From NCBI GenBank assembly GCA_051453625.1, contig JBOZIK010000001.1:21750194-21770193 (forward strand): 20,000 bases of DNA, read 5' to 3'. A program made the position numbers and the translations under genes. This document shows positions 12,305 through 20,000 of this stretch, piece after piece (position 1 is the stretch's first letter; each line of letters opens with the position of its first letter). This DNA comes from Welwitschia mirabilis. Lineage: Eukaryota. The notes under the pieces are model-generated. The model made no database searches and was not told the origin of the DNA. It was given only the letters and a program-made list of their open reading frames with translations.

Positions 12305-13217
12305 TGTTATAACCCACATTTTGTAAGCTTCAATTAATAAAGCTTCTAAATTATGTAATACATTTTAATATCGATTTTAATAAAAATCCCTTTTTATTCT
12401 TAGTTAAAATTTATGTGTAGCCCTATAATCAATAATATATTATATGTTAAACATTATAGATATTCATAAGGTTACTTAGTTATTTTATCTTAGTTTTGGG
12501 TAATTTATTATTTTAAGTTATTATAATGATTATAAGAAATAAACCTATTTATGATTAGGTAAGTCATTTTTCATGGTTAAATAGTTAAACTGAAAAAAAT
12601 CCATATGAAGATGTAAAATAATGTCTACAAAAGAAGAGACATGTAACATATTTATTTTAATCATTTGTTCATGTGTTTTATTCAAGTTTTAAAAAAAACT
12701 AAAATTACTTGGTAAAAGTGAAAGAATAAAAAGTAAGAGTACTATATTCAATGATGATAATTTTTCTTACAATCCATTATGACATCTATCTTACATTCAA
12801 TTATGGCATTCCTTTCATGTTAATTTTTTTGTTGATATGATGGATCATGAAGAGTGTAAACATGTGAAAACAAGGACATGCACTCTTATCCATAAATTAA
12901 AAAGGATAAATTAGTAGAATTTATTCTACTATAACTTTTATCCTTATTGATATTTATGGAAATACTTTATGCATAAAATATTATTTTTCTTATTATATCA
13001 CATAACAATTTTAAAATTGATGCATTTGTTTTTTCAATGTATTTCAAATATGTTTTTGACTAATTATGATCCTATGAAAAATTAAGAAGGAACTAGCATG
13101 AAGAAATGATGCATGCAATTAATCTTGTTAACTTAAGAAAGAAGATTACTCACTCAAATTAGGTGCATGAGTTATAAATAAGCTTCCTTTTATCATTCAT
13201 ACATCACTTTCATCTCT

Positions 13218-13378
13218 TACATAAGCTCTTACAACTTCTTATTGATTAATCTTATCAATGTCGCTTCTACACAAGCTCATCCAACATGTGATGAATCAAT
13301 CTTATCATTGTCATTCACATGTGCAAATCACTTTTATATAAATTCTATCCAACTTGTTATTGATCAATCTTATTAAGT
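13218..13378 (+). repeat. Degenerate approximately 50-bp tandem repeats (3 copies) in the putative U3
   Basis: Cores caacttcttattgattaatcttatc (13232), caacatgtgatgaatcaatcttatc (13282), caacttgttattgatcaatcttatt (13350). Confidence 0.8.
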
Positions 13379-13462
13379 AAGAGAGCTTTCTTTATCTTGT
13401 GGGTAAAATGATGTATATGGTCTTTAACCAATTATATCAAGGACCTTTGGTATACCATCTAT

Positions 13463-13471
13463 CTATAAATA
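13463..13471 (+). promoter_or_regulatory. LTR TATA box
   Basis: ctataaata followed by pyrimidine-rich cctcttccttcttctc, the usual plant LTR core promoter layout. Confidence 0.65.
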
Positions 13472-13558
13472 CAGTCCTCTTCCTTCTTCTCAAACTAGTA
13501 TTTTAAAGTAATTTTATACTATCAAATTTTCTTCTCAATCTTTCTTCCTCTTGAGTGT

Positions 13559-13641
13559 GGAGTTGGAGCTTGGAGCTTGAATCTAGGAGTTTAAATTTTA
13601 GAACTTGAAGCTTGAAACTTGACGATAGGATCTTGGAGCTT
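13559..13641 (+). repeat. Degenerate heptamer minisatellite, 12 units, consensus GGAGCTT
   Basis: ggagtt ggagctt ggagctt gaatcta ggagttt aaatttt agaactt gaagctt gaaactt gacgata ggatctt ggagctt in register. Confidence 0.8.
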
Positions 13642-14439
13642 AGAAATTCCTCAGTCTTCTTCAAAGATAATAAATCTTCTTTCCTCCAAGTAGGTTCTTC
13701 TTTTCTGAGCAATTTAGGTTTATTTATTGCATTAGGCTTATGCATATGATTTACATTTTTTTGTCTCATTGGCTAATACTAAGATAAAGAAGAGATTTTA
13801 GGGATCTCTTTATATGCTTAGTTGATGGATTTACCAATGGTTATAAATATATTTTCTTTTCTCCCGTTGGCATAGACTAAGATAAGGGAGATAGTTGAAG
13901 GACCTCCTAACATGCTTAGCTTCTATATGTCTAATGGATGTTTTGGTCAAGTGACTAGGAGGTTCACTATAATTTTGGGTATCCATGTTATGTTGCATTA
14001 TGTTATTATTTAAATGCATTTTACATCATATTTGCATTAGAGTCTTCTTAGGGTGAATGAAGCTGATCCTCAAAAATCTATTTAGGTTAGGCACTCCTTC
14101 TCAGAAAAATTCTAAGGCTTATGGTATTGATGTATTATTTATTATAAGTTTATAATAATTATAATTTTTTTATTTATTTATAATAAGAATTCATAGTTAT
14201 TAATTGATTTTATTTCTATAAACTAGTATGATTTCTCTTGTGCTTAGTTTACTTAAAGTTTACCATTTATTCTTTTTAAGTCAAAAAACTTAAAAAAGTC
14301 ATAACTCATTTAATACTAAATAAAATTTTAAGAAATTTTTTAGGTAGGTCTATAATTATGTTAGAAAGTTAAAATCATAAAAATCATAAAATAGTAATTT
14401 TTATAGGGCTAAAATGATTTTTAAAGTATATTTTGTAAA

Positions 14440-15732
14440 CATATCTCAGAATTTATAAGCAGAAAATAGCAAGCAATAAGTTTCTCCATAGAATAGATGA
14501 CTATGAGTGAATAGAGCCACTTTTGTATCGTAGCTGTAAATACCGAATTATGTAAAAATATATATTTGATTGGAAAAAATCTAAAATCCTTTATCTTTGT
14601 TATGGTGATATTTATAGAGGTCATTTTAGTAGATAGAAGATGCTATGAAAATTTTTCATTTTGGTTTTTATTAGTCTACTTTTTTTTAGGATTTTTTTAA
14701 TTTTACTATAAGGTGTAATTTTTGTTAATATTATGGTAGCCTTATTCATGTTCAAGAGATGCCACTTATTCCTATTCTTAAATGTAAACCTTTTTATTAT
14801 TTAGGTATTAATTTTATAATCCCTATTCACCCACCTTCTCATGATAAACATTATATTTTAGTGGCAGTAGATTATATTATTAAATGGATTAAAGCTATTC
14901 TTACTTCTTTGAATGATGTCCGAACTGTTTGTCATTTTTTTAAAACTCATATTTTTCAGAAATTTGGTTTTTCTAGGATTATCATTATTGATCAAGGAAC
15001 TCATTTTATTAATCAGCATTTTAGAAAGCTTCTTTTATCTATTGGAGTAGGACATTAAGTATCTTATGCTTATCATCCTTAGACTAATGGATAAGCTAAA
15101 AATGCAAAGAGAGACATTAAGAAAATGTTGCAAAAATGTATCTCTATCAATAAGAAATCTTGATCTTCTAAGCTTAATGATGTTCTTTAGGCTTACCGTA
15201 CTACTTGATATAATTCTCTTGGTTTTTCACTTATAAACTTCTATATGAAAAAGTTTGTGTTTTACCTGTTGATGTGTGTTATAACTCTTATCGTGTTTTT
15301 TATGAACTTAATATTATGGAATTTTATGAAAACCTTAAATATGGATTATCCCAATTAGATCACCTTGATGAAAAATATACTCATGCTATACATTATTAAT
15401 TAATCCATAGATCTTAAGCTAAGTTTAAACATGATAAAACTTTACTTCATTAAAAGTTTAAAGCTACTCAACTTGTCCTATTATATAATACTAGAGTACA
15501 TATTTTGAATAACAAATTAACCTCTAAATGGTTAAGTCCTTATTTTATAGAGAAATTTTATTCTATTCTCTCTATTAAGATTTTTGACTTAGAGACTAAG
15601 GAGATTTAGAAAGTTAATGAATAATGGTTAAAAATATATGAGGGATCTTTCAATGTAATCATGGATATAATAGAAGCACTTCTTTTGGAGGTTCCTGTTA
15701 ATGAGGAGGACTTCCACCCTATCATTCTCTAA
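14440..15732 (+). pseudogene. pol: Athila-type (non-chromovirus Ty3/gypsy) integrase pseudogene
   Basis: Across stops and frameshifts: NKFLHRIDDYE*IEPLLYRSC (cf. KKFFxDxKxYxWDEPYLFK), YRGHFS, FGFY*STFF*D...RCNFC*, QEMPLIPIL...YILVAVDYIIKWIKA...IIDQGTHFIN (ORF 14759-15058), AYHP*TNG*AK, KLNDVL*AYRTT, KVCVLPVD, KLTSKWLSPY, KVNE*WLKIY, with terminal TAA at 15730-15732. No chromodomain. Confidence 0.92.
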
Positions 15733-16787
15733 ATTCTTTATTAGCTTATTCCTTTGGTGGATGTTATGATGTCACTTGATCATCTTTTAGACTTGACTTA
15801 TATGTTGCTTTATAAATTTTTTCATGACTAGTATTTATACTTGGGTATTTTATAGTGATAAGATTAGATTCACCCAATCTTGAGATATTTTCATGTCTAT
15901 GAACTGGATTTTAAAGGAATATACCATAGTTCTTGTAATTATGTGGGAATTTTCAGGAAAAAAACATAAAGAAAGATTCATGATGTTCTACCATACTATA
16001 GTAATTTTTTTCAAGAGGAATATTTGGCAGTATTGGTAGCTATGGAAACTTTATTAGGGACTAGTTGATTATGCTTTATGACTTCTTACTTCTATAATTT
16101 TGGTTGTATTCCCTTCATCATGGAAAAGTCATAATAAAATTTGATGATATGGGATTAATGGTATTCCTGGTATCATCAGAGGCATTGCTTATTTCCTAGA
16201 CTTTTAGTATTCTTACATGATCATTTCACTTTTGAGGATTTAGGTGTATTTATGAGGTGTGAGTAGGTGAGTTCATTTCTAAGTAGCTTTTGATCTTGTT
16301 ATTTATTTTTCTAAGCACTTAAGTTTTGGTATCACCATAATCACTACCTTTTTAAGTAAAACTTTATGGAGTTTATACATTTTGTTATACATTTTTACTC
16401 AAGTGGCTTTATGATGTCTTCCTTAGAGGTTTACTAAGTTATAATTTAGGATAGATAAACAATTTTTTTCTTATTCCTTGTATTAGTTTTTTTTTCTTTG
16501 GTTTTTTAGTATGTTATTTTAAAGTCATTTATACATTTTCTCATATTTTTATAGGACCTTATCATTCAGTAGTTTTTTTATTGTTTTCTCATGTAATATT
16601 ATTTTTAGTTAGCATTTGAATTAATCAGAACATCTTTTACATTTCACAACTTTTATGAAGTTCCTTATACCTTTTGGAGCTTTATGCTTTATCTTGGTTT
16701 ACTTTTTAATTCAGGCAAATTCACTTAGTTTTCATTATCAAGTTTCAGCCTAGTTAGTTCATTTTCTTTCACCATAGTTTTCTTTTG

Positions 16788-16856
16788 NNNNNNNNNNNNN
16801 NNNNNNNNNNNNNNNNNNNNNNNNNNNNNNNNNNNNNNNNNNNNNNNNNNNNNNNN
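16788..16856. other. Assembly gap (69 N)
   Basis: Run of N. Confidence 0.99.
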
Positions 16857-17593
16857 TAATAAAATCTGATACTTTGATGATCATATTTAAGTCTAATGTT
16901 TTTTGCTGGCATCTTTATTTTTCTAGAAATTTTTATGATTATCTTAACATCAGGTGAATGATAGTCTGATTTTTTCTAAGAGTCATCCAAGAGTTGTTAT
17001 TTGGATAAGATAACCAGATGATAGTACAATAAAACCACAGTCCAAACCCTTTTTTCTTATTTTTTTTCATTGTCTTATCATTTCCTTCCATTTATTTAAG
17101 AAACGACAATTCCTCTAAATCTTGCTAGAACCTTGGATTTTGTTCCACTTGATTTCATGTCCAAATTTTTAAGTTTTTAGTGAATTTTTTAAAATGAGGT
17201 ATGTTTCTTTCTCCCTCTTGTTTTTCAATTTTTTTTTGGTATTTTTCATCCTTTTGACATGTAATTTTTACATATGTTTATTAGTTTTTTGTACTCTTTA
17301 ATTTAAAACGTATGGATTTAATTTTTATTATGTATTTTCAAAGTTATAATCAGTTGTACATTTTATAAGAAACTTTTAACTTTCTATCCTTTACACTCAC
17401 TTTCTTACAAACCGTAGATCAAAACGTAGTGATCCTTTAGGAAAAAGTAATTAGTTTGATGTGTTCTACAATTCTATTAGATTATATTTTTTTTATTTGA
17501 GCACTTCAAATTTTTATCATATGTGGCCTCCACTTAAAAAACTACTTTTCCATTTTTCATGAATTTTGTACTTTTTTTCTCATGACTAGGTAA

Positions 17594-19018
17594 TGATAGG
17601 ATCAAGAACCCTAGAGGGGAGATAATAGATTCTTTAAAAATTAACTAAAATCACGATATAATAAAAACTTGCTCAAAATAACTTGCTAATAAAATTATGC
17701 ATATAAAGAAAAAATTGAAAGTATTCAAAGTGAAAAAACTAGCAGAAAGTATAAAATACCGAGTAGATGCACATAGGATTTTATAGTAGTTCGAATAACC
17801 CCCTACTTCACTCTCAACGATCATCTTATCCTCAAGCTTCATCAAGATCTTTATTAATTCTTCTAAGTATTGTAAGTTCACTTGTAATCTTTACAAATGG
17901 ACTTTTATAGGCTAAGTCTCAATGTAATAGTGATGGTAAGAATGTCTTGATGCATAAATATCACTCCTTCTTCAATACAATTATTTTGATAAAGCTTTTC
18001 TCCTATAGATGATACAATAAATAAAGCACTAGATCTAACCTTGAATGCAAAAGTATAAAACATAATAGATCTTTATTAGTTAGGATCACAAAGCCAAGAT
18101 AATGTAGTAAAATATCATAATATTTAGTCCTTTGATCAAGATTCAAAAGATATCCCAAAAGTCCTTTTAGTTATTTATCTCTTGGCTATTTACATTATAA
18201 GGATATTAGAGTTTATTACAATTTAAAATGCACTTCCAACAGCTATAAATAACTAGAAAATGAATATCTAATAAATACAAAATGAATAGAAAATTTTAGT
18301 TTTAATTTTAGTTTTGTTCTGGTTGGTTAACCTCAAAAATCTAGTCAACCCTATTTGGTACCATGACTTACAGAGGTTACTCGAGTAAAGTTTTCAGTTA
18401 CCTTGGTTTCTTATGGTTCCATATCTGATTGACCCCTCAGGATCTAGTTGACTTCCATATGGTTACTTGCAATTCTATTTAGTCACTCGCTAGATCTAAT
18501 AAAAGATCATTTCAATTTCCTGCATCAGGTTTAGTCAATTTCTTTAGGTGTCTAATCAACTCCATGAAAATTAGCTCAGGGATATCAACTGCATAATGCT
18601 CAAGTCTGGTCGACTTCTTTAAAGGTTTAGTTAATCCCTTGATAATAGGTTTAGAAGTACTATTATTAAGTTCACAGATTCGGTTAATCCATCATAGGTC
18701 TAGTCAATCCCTTGTCATTTGATTCAGGGATACTGGCTCTTGAGATCATAGTTCTAGTCGACTCCATCAAAAATCCAGTCAACCCATCTGAATTCAGTTC
18801 AATTCTGAGAATATGCTCTAAGTGTAGTCAATCCTTTAAAAGTTTGGTCGATTCCTCAAAAGGGTAAGTGAACTTGACAGGTTTTTAATAATCAGATTTT
18901 GATAATTATGGCTTCAGCATTTAACCTACAATTGATTAACATCTTTCGCACAAGATACATAAAATTTGCTACATAGAAAACATTAGTTTAACATCAATTA
19001 ATAAAACATAATCTAATA
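17594..19018 (-). mobile_element. SIRE/Maximus-like (Ty1/copia sirevirus) 3' LTR, about 1425 bp
   Basis: Left end tgataggatcaagaaccctagaggggagataatag (cf. CTAGAGGGGGGTGAATAG terminal motif; ends CA on the minus strand). gattttatagtagttcg...cctacttcac at about 17777-17810 matches the conserved sirevirus LTR motif. Palindromic repeat array at 18323-18853. Right end on the minus strand aaaggggaagat|tattag is the PPT-LTR junction with TG decayed to TA. Confidence 0.8.
18323..18853. repeat. Array of 14 decayed (CC)GGTCGACC-type palindromic motifs arranged as 7 doublets
   Basis: 10-mers at 18323/18341, 18425/18444, 18531/18552, 18606/18627, 18680/18700, 18754/18775, 18824/18844 (e.g. ctggtcgact, ctagtcgact, ccagtcaacc, ttggtcgatt). 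Confidence 0.85.
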
Positions 19019-20000
19019 ATCTTCCCCTTTAACATTAATGGCAAACAATACTTAGTTGTATAAATATTTAACATTAAGAAAACTTTCTGTTACAAAATGC
19101 CTATCATTCTTTGCAAGATATTTAATCCTTTTAAAATCAATTAAAGACAGTCTGATAAGTTAAATTTTATGCTAAATAAAAACAATTTTAAGGTGTACAT
19201 TTGGAGAGCTAAGAACATAATATTTATGAGGAGCACAATGTAATCATATAACTTTTGTCACTTTGATTATTAACATTCATTGTAAATATAGAATAACATC
19301 ATACAATATTTTAAACAGTTGAAGTACATTGCAAATATAAGATAAACATCATTTGAATTCTTAATATTCATAATTGAAAAATATTAAGCTAACATGGATC
19401 TTTAAGTTGCACAATAAAATTTGAGAAACCAATTTTAAAACATAAAACCAAGTGCATTTTTATAAGCATTACAAAGAGATATACAACTAATTCTTTCCCT
19501 TTTGATATTAATGTCAAAAAAAAGAACAAAAGCATAAGCATAAACATAAGTAAATAATTAATATGAAAAGATGGAGATATATTATATAGTTTCTATTTGG
19601 TAAACAAACTTTCATTTTACACTGCCAGCTTTCATTAAAGGGCCTATAGAACTGAGAGGATATAGGTGACTAGGCTTTTATGCTAGTCAACTAACTACAT
19701 CCAGACAATTAAATCGAGGATCCAGTCAACCAAAGTATCAAAATTTGGGGGTTTAGTAAAAATATCTACCAGCTAATGGTCTGTACTTACAAAGTTCATA
19801 AAGATGTGTACTTTTTCTACTTGATCTCTTAGGAAATGATGTCTTAGCTTAATATGTTTGATTCTTGAGTGCTGAATAGGATTTTTCAATATGTTTATAG
19901 TACTAGTATTGTTATAAAAATATAGGGATTTATTCAAAATTAATACCAAAATTTTTTAGCATTTCTTTCATCCATAAAAGATGAGTATAACAACTACCTA
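19019..20000 (-). mobile_element. SIRE-like 3' internal region with multiple PPTs, continuing past the window edge
   Basis: atcttcccctttaacattaatggcaaa at 19019-19045 and ttctttcccttttgatattaatgtcaaa at 19491-19518, each a PPT plus a near-palindrome; further ctagtcaact and ccagtcaacc motifs at about 19683 and 19721. Confidence 0.7.

Larger units (their letters stand above)
12305..14430 (+). repeat. 3' LTR of the chromovirus (right end uncertain)
   Basis: Starts tgttataacccacattttgt after the PPT, matches the 5' LTR fragment, and contains a TATA box plus CT-rich tract at 13463. No terminal inverted repeat (gggttatgaca-like) followed by the expected TSD ttacc was found. Confidence 0.65.
10790..14440 (+). 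mobile_element. Tekay/Del-type chromovirus (Ty3/gypsy) LTR retrotransposon, decayed, interior hidden by an assembly gap, 3' end not found
   Basis: Two direct repeats starting TG (10790 and 12305) flank an integrase-chromodomain coding region, with a PPT immediately before the second. Right boundary is set by the start of Athila-like coding sequence. Confidence 0.85.

Noticed and set aside
13503..14019. Two minus-strand ORFs (88 and 62 aa)
   Set aside because: Antisense to LTR sequence; the SSKL-like periodicity merely reflects the heptamer repeat.
14260..14264. ttacc as the downstream TSD of the chromovirus
   Set aside because: Not preceded by CA or an inverted repeat of tgtcataaccc; a 5-mer match is expected by chance.
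16170..16186. tggtatcatcagaggc resembling an iMet PBS
   Set aside because: Needs indels to match, is not preceded by an LTR end, and lies 3' of an integrase.
18323..18853. CRISPR-like interpretation of the spaced palindromes
   Set aside because: Repeats are about 10 bp, degenerate, with related spacers, inside a plant LTR and with no cas genes.

Overview
Very AT-rich (roughly three quarters A+T by eye), CpG-poor eukaryotic DNA, almost certainly land-plant nuclear heterochromatin or intergenic sequence from a gapped draft assembly (five N runs). I find no host gene, RNA gene or prokaryotic system. The window is a stack of decayed LTR retrotransposons. (1) Very old Ty3/gypsy pol relics at about 0.7-1.3 kb and 3.1-4.2 kb (tentative). 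(2) An old minus-strand SIRE/Maximus-like (Ty1/copia) LTR with multiple PPTs at about 6.65-8.4 kb. (3) A plus-strand Tekay/Del-type chromovirus with 5' LTR start at 10790, an assembly gap hiding gag-PR-RT-RH, an integrase-chromodomain pseudogene at 11063-12238, a PPT and a long 3' LTR from 12305. (4) An Athila-type integrase pseudogene at about 14440-15732 fused directly to that LTR. (5) A minus-strand SIRE-like 3' LTR at 17594-19018 with a periodic array of decayed GTCGAC palindromes and PPTs, running off the right edge. I did not find convincing evidence of a new biological system. The most notable signals are the paired, 74/148-bp periodic palindrome array, the strongly directional C>T/G>A decay including non-CpG contexts, and the chimeric Tekay-LTR/Athila junction. 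Family assignments come from manual motif recognition, not database searches.
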